Below, one piece after another: positions 50,959 through 61,068 of a stretch of 64,000 nt of DNA; within the stretch, counting starts at the first letter, position 1, and each line of letters begins with the position of its first letter. Source of the stretch: Candidatus Babeliales bacterium (lineage in GTDB: Bacteria; Babelota; Babeliae; Babelales; JANWKD01); contig CAVRJO010000001.1 of NCBI GenBank assembly GCA_963722255.1, positions 416,001-480,000 of the forward strand, read 5' to 3'. A program made the translations under genes and the position numbers. Under the pieces are notes generated by a model that was not told where the DNA came from, searched no databases, and saw nothing but the letters and a program-made list of their open reading frames with translations.

Positions 50959-51234
50959 ATGGCAAGAAGATATAAAAAACATAGTAGTTCATTCAAAGCA
51001 AAAGTAGCTATAGATGCTATTAGAGAACAAAAAACTTTAAACGAACTAAGTCAGGAACATAGCATTGCTCCTGCACAAATCTCTATCTGGAAAAGACATG
51101 CTGAAGAAAATATGAGCAACCTTTTTGAGGGGAAACAAGAAAAGGACCAACAAGAGGAAATTGATAGGCTTTATCGAGTAATTGGTCAAATAACGGCAGA
51201 GCGTGATTTTTTAGAACGCTCGCTCAATCGATAG
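50959..51234 (+). CDS. IS3 OrfA (HTH)
   Basis: FKAKVAIDAI, ISIWK, IGQITAERDFL. Confidence 0.9.
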   Translation: MARRYKKHSSSFKAKVAIDAIREQKTLNELSQEHSIAPAQISIWKRHAEENMSNLFEGKQEKDQQEEIDRLYRVIGQITAERDFLERSLNR

Positions 51235-51254
51235 ATTTAAAGCAGCGTAAGGAA

Positions 51255-52136
51255 ATGGTTGAGTGTGTAAATGAAGCAATAGACTTTAAAAGAAAATGTG
51301 AACTTTTAGATGTATCGAGAGGATCGATGTATTACAAGCCTAAACCTCAAAAAAATAATGATGCAATTATTATGAATGAGCTACGTGAAATTTATCAAGA
51401 AACGCCTTCCTATGGCTATCGGCGCATGACAGTAGCTTTAAGAGAAAATGGTTTTTTGGTTAATCATAAAAAAGTCTTTATGTTGCTTAAGATAGCGGGC
51501 ATCCAGGCCATTTACCCTCGCAAAAAAACAACCATACGAAATCAGGGGCACAAAGTATTTCCTTATTTATTGCGTGGGTTGCTTATTAATCGACCAAATC
51601 AGGTTTGGCAAGTAGATATAACCTATATAAAAATACGGGGTGGTTTTGTATATTTGGTTTGCTTAATTGATGTTTTTAGTCGAAAAATCATGGGATGGAA
51701 ATTGTCAATTTCTCTTGATACAGCGTTATGCATAGAGGCGTTCAATAGTGCTTTGCAACATGGTATTCCAGAAATTGTTAATAGCGACCAAGGATGTCAA
51801 TTTACCAGTGCTCTGTGGGTTGAATTAGTGCAACAATATGGAATTCAAATAAGTATGGATGGTAAAGGAAGATGGGCAGATAATGTTTATATTGAGAGGC
51901 TTTGGCGTACGATAAAATATGAGATGATACATTTGCATAGCTTTGATACAGTTCAACAGGTAAGAGATGCGCTTGCAAGTTACATTGTTTTTTATAATAC
52001 ACGACGTTATCATTCAAAGCTTAATTATCACGCACCAGACGCTATTTTCGCAAAAAAAATTATTCCATCTAAAAAAGAATTATTCGAAAGTTTTATAGCT
52101 TCACAAATTTATAAACTTGGAGCCGCTATGATTTAA
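51255..52136 (+). CDS. IS3 OrfB DDE transposase
   Basis: YGYRRM, PNQVWQVDITYI, NSDQGCQFTS, DNVYIERLWRTIKYE. Confidence 0.95.
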   Translation: MVECVNEAIDFKRKCELLDVSRGSMYYKPKPQKNNDAIIMNELREIYQETPSYGYRRMTVALRENGFLVNHKKVFMLLKIAGIQAIYPRKKTTIRNQGHKVFPYLLRGLLINRPNQVWQVDITYIKIRGGFVYLVCLIDVFSRKIMGWKLSISLDTALCIEAFNSALQHGIPEIVNSDQGCQFTSALWVELVQQYGIQISMDGKGRWADNVYIERLWRTIKYEMIHLHSFDTVQQVRDALASYIVFYNTRRYHSKLNYHAPDAIFAKKIIPSKKELFESFIASQIYKLGAAMI

Positions 52137-52431
52137 ATTTTTTTTTAATTTCGTGTCTTGACAAAGGGGTTCACTATATAACAACTAATAAACCTGAAAT
52201 AGTAAAACTATTATTAGATGCAGGTGCCAATGTAACCCAAAAAGAACTAGAACTTGCACATGATAATTCTGAAATACAAAAATTGCTTCTTGAATATTTT
52301 AAAAAATGATTTGCAAATTAATCCACAGGTATAGTTTTTGGGTTAAAAACTTTTATAAAATCAAATAAATATTTGCTTCATGTTAAATAATAAGCTGTTT
52401 TAATGGTTCATTTTTCATCAAAGGAAAAGCT

Positions 52432-54948
52432 ATGAATAACCCAAACCAATCACTATCTTGGTGGAATGACCCTCAGGAAAAAATTATTGAATTATTAAAT
52501 ATTAATGCACACAATGGGTTAACTGATTCTCAAGTAAAAGAATATAGAGCTCAGTTTGGATCAAATACTTTTGCTGAAAACAAGCCAAAATCCCTTATAT
52601 CATTACTTATTGAAGGCATTAAAGAACCAATGATGCTTTTATTGTTAATAGTTGCGGTAGTTTCATTGATATTTGGCAAAATTGGTGAAGCGCTAACAAT
52701 GATATTTGTTGTTGCAGCGTATATTTCAGTTGAATTAATAAATAAGTTCAGAACTGACCGTACCATGGTAAATCTTAAAAAGCTTGCATCTCCAACTACA
52801 AAAGTTATGCGTAATGGCAAAATAGTTGAAATACAAACAAAAGATATTGTTGTGGGGGATATTTTAATTTTATCTGAAGGAGTTATTATCCCAGCCGATG
52901 CTCGGCTTTTATCTTCATATGGGCTTATTGTTAATGAAGCTTCGCTTACGGGAGAATCCTTACCTATTGAAAAGGATGCAGATGCTAAGATAGCTCAAAA
53001 TGCCACCCTTGGAGAGCGCAAAAATTGTGTTTTTTCAGGAACCATCGTATTAAATGGCGAAGGAACTGCCATTGCACTATCAGTTGGGCAGAAAAGCGAA
53101 TTTGGAAAAATTGCTCAGCAAGTACAAGCGACACAAAAAGAGACAACAGTATTGCAAGAATCTATGACAAAACTTGCAAAAGTATTGGCGATATTTGCTT
53201 TATTTGCAAGTGCTCTTATTCCAGCTCTAGGCTATTTTAGAGGACTGAGTCTTGAAGAAATGATTCTTACGTGGCTTTCCCTTACCTTTTTAATGATTCC
53301 CGGACAACCACCAATTATCATAACCATGTCTCTTGCACTTGCTGCTTTTGTTCTTGCAAAAAAACAGGTTATTGTAAAACGCCTTCGAGGTGTTGAAATA
53401 ATAGGTCAAGTAACCTCTGTAATTAGTGATAAAACAGGCACAATAACTGAGAATGCAATGGCTCTCGAAACTTTTTTTACCCTTGATGAAGAAACAAAAA
53501 AATTACCCGATAATATACAAGAAAAAATAGTATTAGCTCTTCCTGATTATTATGCCGACCCAACCGATAAAGCTGTTTTTAATGCATTAGCAATGACCAA
53601 AAAAAAATTTAAACATATAGGCTTTAGTGGATTTTCAACCAATAAGCCATGGCGTGATTTGACCTATAAAAAAAATGGAATACTCGTGCATGCTCTTGCA
53701 GGAAATCCGGAAATTTTAATTTCACATTCAAAACTTTCTTCTGAACAAAAAAAAAGAATGGAAAATATTGCAAAGCAACAAGCCGGTTTAGGCAAAAGAG
53801 TCACTGCTTATGCATACCTTGAAAATAATCAACAACAACTTAATGAACTTAAAGACCTTACTTTTGTTGCTCTTGCAGTCATGAGTGATCCAGTTCGCCA
53901 TAGTGTTAAAGAAGCAATTACTACGTTGGAAAAGGCTGCTGTTAATACGATTATTGTAACGGGAGATCATAAAGCAACAGCGCAAGCTATAGCTTCTGAA
54001 ATTGGGATTTCGGGTGAGGTTATAACCGGCGATCAAATTGAGAAAATGAATGATAAAGAACTTATTTCAAAACTGAGCCAATCTAATATTTTTGCAAGAA
54101 TGGATCCTTCCCAAAAGCTGCGCCTTGTTAAAATATTACAACAACAAGGAGAAATTGTGGCAGTAATAGGAGATGGTATTAATGATGCACCAGCACTAAA
54201 AGCAGCTCAGGTTGGTATTGCTATGGGCCGGATGGGCACAGATTTAGCAAAAGAAGTTTCAGATCTTATTTTAACCGATGATAATTACATTCATATTCCG
54301 GATGCTATTGCAGTAGGCAGAAAAGCTTTGGATAATTTCAAAAAAGGACTTACTTATTATTTATCTGCCAAATCTATATTGCTTACTATTTTTCTCATCC
54401 CATTGTTATTAAGGATCCCCTTTCCTTTTGCACCAATTCAGATAATTCTTATTGAGCTCTTAATGGATTTGGCTTCTTCAACGATTTTTGTTACCGAAGA
54501 GGCTGAACCCGGTATTATGGAAAGACCGGCACAAAAAATAAAAAATTTTCTTGGAAGACCTCTCATACTTAACATTATACAAAACGGTACAGCTCTTGCC
54601 GTTGGCATTCTATTCATATATCTAAGGACTTATCAAAAGTACGATGTAACGACTGCTCAAACAGCAGCTTTCGTTACATGGCTTTTAGGACATATTCTTT
54701 TAGCTTTAAATCTTAAGCAAGAAAAAAAGCCTCTTGTTATTCAAGGAATTTTGGCAAATTATTTTGGTTTTTTTTGGCTTTGCGCAATGATATTTTTTTC
54801 GTTTCTTATAACTTCTATTTCCCCGCTTCACCCTTATCTCAAAACAACCTGGTTACCGATTTCCATTTGGATAGAGATACTAATAATAGTATGTTTATCA
54901 ACTTTTTGGATCGAAGTTGTAAAATTAATGAAATATAAGAAAACTTAA
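52432..54948 (+). CDS. P-type cation-transporting ATPase (P2-like) with atypical M4/M6 motifs
   Basis: LTGES, DKTGT, TGD, GDGINDAPALK. Confidence 0.95.
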   Translation: MNNPNQSLSWWNDPQEKIIELLNINAHNGLTDSQVKEYRAQFGSNTFAENKPKSLISLLIEGIKEPMMLLLLIVAVVSLIFGKIGEALTMIFVVAAYISVELINKFRTDRTMVNLKKLASPTTKVMRNGKIVEIQTKDIVVGDILILSEGVIIPADARLLSSYGLIVNEASLTGESLPIEKDADAKIAQNATLGERKNCVFSGTIVLNGEGTAIALSVGQKSEFGKIAQQVQATQKETTVLQESMTKLAKVLAIFALFASALIPALGYFRGLSLEEMILTWLSLTFLMIPGQPPIIITMSLALAAFVLAKKQVIVKRLRGVEIIGQVTSVISDKTGTITENAMALETFFTLDEETKKLPDNIQEKIVLALPDYYADPTDKAVFNALAMTKKKFKHIGFSGFSTNKPWRDLTYKKNGILVHALAGNPEILISHSKLSSEQKKRMENIAKQQAGLGKRVTAYAYLENNQQQLNELKDLTFVALAVMSDPVRHSVKEAITTLEKAAVNTIIVTGDHKATAQAIASEIGISGEVITGDQIEKMNDKELISKLSQSNIFARMDPSQKLRLVKILQQQGEIVAVIGDGINDAPALKAAQVGIAMGRMGTDLAKEVSDLILTDDNYIHIPDAIAVGRKALDNFKKGLTYYLSAKSILLTIFLIPLLLRIPFPFAPIQIILIELLMDLASSTIFVTEEAEPGIMERPAQKIKNFLGRPLILNIIQNGTALAVGILFIYLRTYQKYDVTTAQTAAFVTWLLGHILLALNLKQEKKPLVIQGILANYFGFFWLCAMIFFSFLITSISPLHPYLKTTWLPISIWIEILIIVCLSTFWIEVVKLMKYKKT

Positions 54949-54956
54949 AAATAAGA

Positions 54957-55667
54957 CTATTTATTAATCACCGGCGTAAATTGTTCTAATTGATAGATAC
55001 CAAGCTTTTTTTCGATAGTTGCTACTTTATCTACCATATGTTCAAAACCATTTTGACCAAATAATTTATGCTCTAAATCCTCAAATTTTTCTCCTAAATC
55101 TTCAAATTCTTTTTCACTTATTAATGAACGGACTTGAGGGAATAAGACCGTATCTTCGCGCGCTTCATGAGGGCGATACATAGTAATAAATTTTTGCAGC
55201 AAACTCTTGATAACTTTTTTATCTTTTGAATCGAAAGATTTTTTTGTAGTAACTATTGTTTTTAACTTGGCCGTAATTTCGCGACCCTTATTATGTTGAT
55301 TTTTTAGTGTTCTGACAAGCCTCACTTCTTTTTTGTTTTTTTCAAAAAGTGGAAATATATAATTCTCTTCCAACATTTCATGATAATCTTCGATAAAAGA
55401 TTTTATTATTCCTACTGCATCGCTAAGGACAGATGCGGGAAAATGAGTAGCGCTCTCTATCCTTCTTATAATTTCTTCATAAATTAAGAGAACTCGGTTC
55501 AATATGCCATGTTCTCGCATTAAATCTTCCGTTAGAGGAATTTCAAAATCCTCTTTTTTACACTTATTCATCGATGCTTCCTTTTTATCAGCACATACGA
55601 TCTGATTCGTCGTTATATAAAATATGAACGTTAATAAAAAAAATTTTGCTTTAAAAAATCTTTGCAT
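54957..55667 (-). CDS. Exported hemerythrin-like (HHE) domain protein
   Basis: EH, HEMLEE..IFP, QH, HEARED.VLFP; probable start ATG 55667. Confidence 0.85.
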   Translation of the reverse strand: MQRFFKAKFFLLTFIFYITTNQIVCADKKEASMNKCKKEDFEIPLTEDLMREHGILNRVLLIYEEIIRRIESATHFPASVLSDAVGIIKSFIEDYHEMLEENYIFPLFEKNKKEVRLVRTLKNQHNKGREITAKLKTIVTTKKSFDSKDKKVIKSLLQKFITMYRPHEAREDTVLFPQVRSLISEKEFEDLGEKFEDLEHKLFGQNGFEHMVDKVATIEKKLGIYQLEQFTPVINK

Positions 55668-55794
55668 TTTGGTTTCCTTAAAGGCTACACCCATAGTTTC
55701 AAAGATATGTATCTTTATAAGCATATATTCTTTATTTTAGGCCAAGCAAGAAAAGAGTAGTATAAATGTGGTCATAAATTTTCCTTCACAGTTA

Positions 55795-55829
55795 CTAAAA
55801 ACTTATATTCCAGGATGTCCAAAGAGTAA
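55795..55829. repeat. 35-bp direct repeat of the 3' end of the barrel gene (56846-56880)
   Basis: CTAAAAACTTATATTCCA(G/T)GATGTCCAAAGAGTAA, 34/35 identical. Confidence 0.9.
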
Positions 55830-55982
55830 TGTTATATTTATCTAAAGTGCCAAAAAGATATACAAATTTGTTATAGGAAAAAAAATCTTTCTAATTTCCC
55901 AAGACATAAAAAACGTGTATGATGAATGGTATTGTAAATGATAAAAAAAAATTGTTTTTAATCATCTCAGGAGTCATTCATC

Positions 55983-56828
55983 ATGATTAAAAGGTTATTA
56001 TTAGGACTGGCATTATTCAACATATTCGCACTACAAGGTACTACTACTCATTTAGAAAAAACTATTGCATTGCATGATGAGATTGCAGAACATAAAAATT
56101 ACAATATTACTGTGGAAACTCATCCAATTCTTTACAAAATGGTTGAAGAACTGGTTTTTAGAGCGAACGTTGCTATGCCAAAGTATATAACAATATATGG
56201 AGCGGAATATCAGGTTGTTTCTAGAAATGGAGTTGTACAATCAAAAGAGCGCGATATTGGTGCTTATATTGATTTTTTGGGTGACTTGCATATTTGTTAT
56301 GAAGTTTTAGAACACGCAACATATGATGAAATTAATGGAATCATTGCTTTGGCTATAGCAGAAAAGTCTATTAATAAGCCGGAAAAAATTGCATTAACCG
56401 GTTTTGCTACTTTTGGCACTACGCTTTTATTAATTTATCTCTTGAATAAACAGTATAAACTGGGCCTAGGATCAGGTATTATTAATACATTGAATGATAA
56501 GTATTTTTGTGAAAGAGAAAATTTTATTCAATCAATAATCTTTTTTCTTATTGCACCCTCGCTCTTAACAACAAAGCTTGTTTCAAATTATTTGCAAAAG
56601 AGAATCGATCTTAAAGCAGCAAAATTAGTAACTGCGCAAGATATTGTTGATGGTCTTAAGAGAATATTTAAGATTAAAGAATCTTATTTCAAAGAAAATA
56701 TAGTAAGTCGAATTGCCTCGGCACTCAAGCTTAAAACAATAGCAAATACAATATTCTATCCAATACGAGCTTTTACTTTTGAAGAACGAATAAGTTATTT
56801 AGAAAAAGAAGCGGTTTTGGCTCTTTGA
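55983..56828 (+). CDS. Exported/membrane protein resembling an M48 peptidase without HEXXH
   Basis: HPILYKMVEEL..RANVAMPK, DEINGIIA, DLKAA, EERISYL. Confidence 0.6.
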   Translation: MIKRLLLGLALFNIFALQGTTTHLEKTIALHDEIAEHKNYNITVETHPILYKMVEELVFRANVAMPKYITIYGAEYQVVSRNGVVQSKERDIGAYIDFLGDLHICYEVLEHATYDEINGIIALAIAEKSINKPEKIALTGFATFGTTLLLIYLLNKQYKLGLGSGIINTLNDKYFCERENFIQSIIFFLIAPSLLTTKLVSNYLQKRIDLKAAKLVTAQDIVDGLKRIFKIKESYFKENIVSRIASALKLKTIANTIFYPIRAFTFEERISYLEKEAVLAL

Positions 56829-56845
56829 ATGGAATACACTTATTC

Positions 56846-57742
56846 CTAAAAACTTATATTCCATGATGTCCAAAGAGTAACAATATATTTGTTGCCAAAG
56901 GTTTGAGGAAGATGGTCAAGTCCATAGGCAGCATAGAACAAAAGTCTGTTAGAAACATTGTTAATTGAAAACTTATACTTATAGACGCCATAAAAGTTAC
57001 TTCGTATATAATTTGCTTTCTGTACAATTTCATCAAGATTTGGGGATATACGAGCTCCATATCTGTAACGTGATGTATACCCAAATTCTACACCATGATG
57101 CAGATTCCAGTTATTTTTGTAAGCCAGAAGAAAATCTGAAATATTACCAAGAGTAAAAATATGTTTTTCTCCAACTGTATCAAGACCCTTTCTTGGAACA
57201 AAATAGATGTAGCGCATCCCATACAATAAAAAGTTAGTATGATTCAGTGTATAGGAGCCATCAAGTTGTGCTCCTATTCCAACAAGACTATACCCAAAAT
57301 CAACATGCTTAAGCCGTAAAAGTTTGTGTGTTGGAATTCCAAATAAACCGGACAACGTTACAACATTACGATCATTTTTCATAAGATTACGCCCAAAGGT
57401 AAACAAAATATCATCAGTTTCTGTACCGGAAAAGGTAGTTATATGATCGGCTCTTTCTACTATATGCGATACGGCAGCGTCGGTACGGAAATAATAGGGC
57501 CCAAAATCATAAATAAATGAACCAAGGCCACCTACAAAATTCTGTTTTACTCCCGTATATTTCCTGCGAAACTGATCAAAAAAAAGTCCAACGATAGTAT
57601 GACTTTTTCCATTCGGTTTTTCAAAGATAGGCTGCTTTGTAATTTGTGCAATGCGAAAGTTGTATACCATTGATATCGATACTAGATCTCTACACGATAT
57701 CATACTAAGAATGAGCAGACATCCATATTTTGTATAGTTCAT
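56846..57742 (-). CDS. Putative outer-membrane beta-barrel, paralogue 3
   Basis: SMVYNFRIA, ETDDIL, GIPTHK, GAQLDG; ends WNISF. Confidence 0.65.
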   Translation of the reverse strand: MNYTKYGCLLILSMISCRDLVSISMVYNFRIAQITKQPIFEKPNGKSHTIVGLFFDQFRRKYTGVKQNFVGGLGSFIYDFGPYYFRTDAAVSHIVERADHITTFSGTETDDILFTFGRNLMKNDRNVVTLSGLFGIPTHKLLRLKHVDFGYSLVGIGAQLDGSYTLNHTNFLLYGMRYIYFVPRKGLDTVGEKHIFTLGNISDFLLAYKNNWNLHHGVEFGYTSRYRYGARISPNLDEIVQKANYIRSNFYGVYKYKFSINNVSNRLLFYAAYGLDHLPQTFGNKYIVTLWTSWNISF

Positions 57743-57822
57743 TACTTGTATCCTATTTTATAATTAGACTACTCTGAATAGTATAGATTAGTTTACTCCA
57801 AATAATGAAATGAGTGAAAACA

Positions 57823-58179
57823 ATGAAGAATAACGAATTTAATTCAATGCAACTAGCTGAAGAGCGAACACTCCTTGCACTTGAGCGCACCTTTTCTGCT
57901 TGGCTTAGAACTGCGCTTACTGCGATGGCTGGTGGACTTGCGATTTTAAGATTAATCAGTTTTAGAAGTGAAACACATAAAATAATTGCCCATATTATTG
58001 GAGAGACACTTATTCTTTGGGGATGCCTCTTACTTGTTCTTTCATCAATTGACTATAATAAGATGCGCAAAAAGCTTTCTATGGCAAAAAATTATAAAGG
58101 CTCACAATGGGGATTTATTCTGCTCGTATTACCACTTTTGATTATATCAGCATTATTAATTTGGGTTACTGTGCCTTAG
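57823..58179 (+). CDS. DUF202 (YidH-like) membrane protein
   Basis: LALERTFSAWLRTAL plus three TMs. Confidence 0.85.
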   Translation: MKNNEFNSMQLAEERTLLALERTFSAWLRTALTAMAGGLAILRLISFRSETHKIIAHIIGETLILWGCLLLVLSSIDYNKMRKKLSMAKNYKGSQWGFILLVLPLLIISALLIWVTVP

Positions 58180-58226
58180 ATTAATTTAGACAAGTATTTC
58201 GTTAAAAAACTCTCGTATACACATAA

Positions 58227-58263
58227 TAAAGAGCACTTTGTTGATTTTACAAAGTGCTCTTTA
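58227..58263. terminator. Bidirectional terminator
   Basis: 15-bp stem TAAAGAGCACTTTGT/ACAAAGTGCTCTTTA between convergent genes. Confidence 0.75.
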
Positions 58264-58313
58264 ATTTTATAATAAAAAAGTTTAGATTTTCTTAAGAAAA
58301 AAAGCTCATATGC

Positions 58314-59477
58314 TTATTTTTTACCTAATGCATATGCAAGACGTTCGCGACTTTTAATAACACCTTGTTTATAGGTTTCAAGATCCTCTTGTATACCTTC
58401 TTGCACCGATTGCTTACGTCCATGCTCATTAATAATTTCAATAGAAAGTGAAGCTCCTGCATCAATCAGCATATCAATTGCAAAGGTATTGTTCATAATA
58501 AGTGCCATACAAAGAGGTGTTGACTGGCTTTTGCCAACAGCAAATACAGTGTTTACATCAGCACCCTGATCAATGAGCTTTTTAAGCTCTTCTTGACTTG
58601 CCATAGCTCGTATATAGTGCATACCAATATCTGGACCACTCATTTTAACTTCTTGCTTAATCAGAGACGGTAAAGCCGCAATTTTATTTTTTATATATTC
58701 AAAGTTTTTCTGAATTGCCTCAGTCATTTGAGCTGATGAATCAATATGCTTATTAACCACTTCTTGAATAGTTGTATCCATTTTAGCGCCTGAACCCATC
58801 AAGAGGTCAATAATCTCTTCTGTTCCCGTGATAATAGCCACACTCATAGCAGAAAGAGTTCCCTGTGGTGTTTCAACCGTTCCATTAAGGTCAACACCGG
58901 AAGCGATAGATTTTTTAATGGCTTCCAAATCGCGTCCACTAATCGCCATAAGCAATCCCATCAAAATCTCAGCTTGAGAAGCTGTCATAGGTTGATTTAA
59001 ATCTACTATTTTTTTGAATTCTGTAATAAGCTGATCTTTTGGCATTCCACCTTCAATCTTACCCCATTGAACTCCATTTTTAAAAATTACAAACGAAGGA
59101 AAAGCTCTTACGCCACATTGAGCAGCTATTGTACGATTTTTATCTCCATCAATTGCAGCAAAAACCATATTTTGTTCTTCTTTGGCTAATTCAGCAAATA
59201 GCGGCTTAATCGCTGTGCATGGTTGACACCACGTAGCATAAAAATCAACAATTACCGGTTTTGTACTATTTTTAACAAACGATTCAAAGTTTTCACCGGT
59301 TAGTTCAATAACAACTGTTTGGCTTTTTACAGAAGCTTCTTGTTGAGGTTTTATAGTATGCTTATTTGGATCATAAGAACATACGCCATCTTTACATACC
59401 ATATTCTGTTCTGAACCTATGGCCGATCCTGTCATTACAACAAACATTGCAAAAGTAAATAATTTGATTCTTTTCAT
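58314..59477 (-). CDS. Exported thioredoxin-ankyrin fusion protein
   Basis: AAGGAG RBS before ATG 59477; WCQPC; ankyrin-like LIDQGADVN...TPLCMAL. Confidence 0.85.
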   Translation of the reverse strand: MKRIKLFTFAMFVVMTGSAIGSEQNMVCKDGVCSYDPNKHTIKPQQEASVKSQTVVIELTGENFESFVKNSTKPVIVDFYATWCQPCTAIKPLFAELAKEEQNMVFAAIDGDKNRTIAAQCGVRAFPSFVIFKNGVQWGKIEGGMPKDQLITEFKKIVDLNQPMTASQAEILMGLLMAISGRDLEAIKKSIASGVDLNGTVETPQGTLSAMSVAIITGTEEIIDLLMGSGAKMDTTIQEVVNKHIDSSAQMTEAIQKNFEYIKNKIAALPSLIKQEVKMSGPDIGMHYIRAMASQEELKKLIDQGADVNTVFAVGKSQSTPLCMALIMNNTFAIDMLIDAGASLSIEIINEHGRKQSVQEGIQEDLETYKQGVIKSRERLAYALGKK

Positions 59478-59694
59478 AAAGAACTCCTTGCGATAAGAAT
59501 TAATAGTAGAATCTTCAATCGCTTTAGCATACACTATTCTAATTGAAAAACAAGATGCGCTCATTCATATATAAATAAATATAACCATTTCTTCATTGAA
59601 CAATCTTCTCTTGCTTGTTTTTAATCCATTTTTCTATGCTTTCAAATGGATCATTTGTTAAGAATTCAGTATGAAGATACGTAAGGAGTTTGCT

Positions 59695-60672
59695 ATGAAT
59701 AACTCAATAACCAAGCTCATTCTTGATCCTGTTATACAAAAATTTGTTGACGATCTTGCTAAGCAAGGCGGCAAACCGGTGTATAAGCTCTCGTTTGAAG
59801 ATGCCCGCAAACTACTAGATGATTTGCAATCAAAGCCGGTTGAACTATTACCAGCCGATACCGAGGATCGCACAATATCGGAAGGATCAATTGGGCCTGT
59901 TAAAATTCGTATTATTCGTCCAAAAGGAAACACAAACATCTTACCGGTGATTATCTATATGCACGGCGGCGGGTGGGTACTTGGAGACAAAAAAACTCAT
60001 GATCGGTTAGTTCGTGAAATTGCCAACGGAGCACAAGCGGCTGTAGTCTTTGTGGAATACACTCCTGCACCTGAAGGTCAATATCCAATGGCTCATGAGC
60101 AAGGATATGCTACCGTTCAATGGGTAGTAAAGCATAGTAAGGAACTTAATCTTGATTGTTCGCGCATGGTAATTGCAGGTGACAGCGTTGGCGGACTTAT
60201 GGCAACTGCAATTGCTATGATGTCACAAGAACGCGGCGGCCCTCGTTTCCTTTTTCAACTACTCTTCTATCCGGTAACTGATGCTAATTTTGATACACCT
60301 TCTTATCAACAATTTGCAGAAGGGCCCTGGCTGACAAAAGCTGCAATGGAATGGTTTTGGGATAGTTATGTTCCTAATAAAACAGATCGCACAAAGCCAT
60401 TAGCGGCTCCTTTGAGAGCATCATTAGATCAGCTTAAACATTTACCCCCGGCATTAATTTTTACTAATGAATATGATGTATTGCGCGATGAAGGTGAAGC
60501 ATATGCGCATAAGCTTACGCAAGCTGGTGTCTCAGTCTCAGCATTTCGCTCGATTGGTGCGATTCATGATTGTTTAATGCTCAATCCAATTACACAGTCT
60601 CCGGGTGTACGATCAACAATAACTTTAGCAAATCGAAAGCTTTTAGAAATTTTCACAAAAAAAGAAAAATAA
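59695..60672 (+). CDS. Alpha/beta hydrolase (HSL-family esterase)
   Basis: HGGG, GDSVGG, DVLRDEG, HD; AAGGAG RBS. Confidence 0.92.
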   Translation: MNNSITKLILDPVIQKFVDDLAKQGGKPVYKLSFEDARKLLDDLQSKPVELLPADTEDRTISEGSIGPVKIRIIRPKGNTNILPVIIYMHGGGWVLGDKKTHDRLVREIANGAQAAVVFVEYTPAPEGQYPMAHEQGYATVQWVVKHSKELNLDCSRMVIAGDSVGGLMATAIAMMSQERGGPRFLFQLLFYPVTDANFDTPSYQQFAEGPWLTKAAMEWFWDSYVPNKTDRTKPLAAPLRASLDQLKHLPPALIFTNEYDVLRDEGEAYAHKLTQAGVSVSAFRSIGAIHDCLMLNPITQSPGVRSTITLANRKLLEIFTKKEK

Positions 60673-60676
60673 AAAT

Positions 60677-60967
60677 CTATTTTCTGCTATGAACAGTAGA
60701 TGGATTAGGATCTTCTTCAATATATCGATATCGTTTATAATATCTTTCTCTGCTTGGGCTATCATTAAGAACTCTACCTTGATAATATCTTGCTCTCCCA
60801 TACTCAGCAGAAGCCGGTCCTTGTCTTAAAGGAGAATATCTGTACCCAGAAACAAGAGCCCTTTGGTCTTGCCCTGCACCAGCAGTACTGCCTGCATAAG
60901 GCGTACTATGTATTCTTATATATATCAGTACACCAATAAATAATGCACTATATAACCATTTCTTCAT
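60677..60967 (-). CDS. Small exported Arg/Tyr-rich hypothetical protein
   Basis: MKKWLYSALF signal-like start. Confidence 0.6.
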   Translation of the reverse strand: MKKWLYSALFIGVLIYIRIHSTPYAGSTAGAGQDQRALVSGYRYSPLRQGPASAEYGRARYYQGRVLNDSPSRERYYKRYRYIEEDPNPSTVHSRK

Positions 60968-61068
60968 AAGCAATCTTTCTTTTTTTAGATTCTAGAGCAT
61001 TACAAATCCTATTATTTCTAATTGTAACAATTTGGCTATAAATAATGCAATATAATCTAAACAAAATG

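Larger units (their letters stand above)
50867..52178 (+). mobile_element. IS3-family insertion sequence, 1312 bp
   Basis: Imperfect inverted ends TATA(A/G)TGAACCCC...GACACGA; target duplication TAA (50864-66, 52179-81). Confidence 0.9.
49420..52309 (+). pseudogene. Exported ankyrin-repeat protein interrupted near its end by an IS3 element (signal peptide then A|MEE)
   Basis: Removing 50867-52181 restores TPLEIAITTNKPEIVKLLLDAGANV...EYFKK* (stop 52307-09). Confidence 0.9.
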
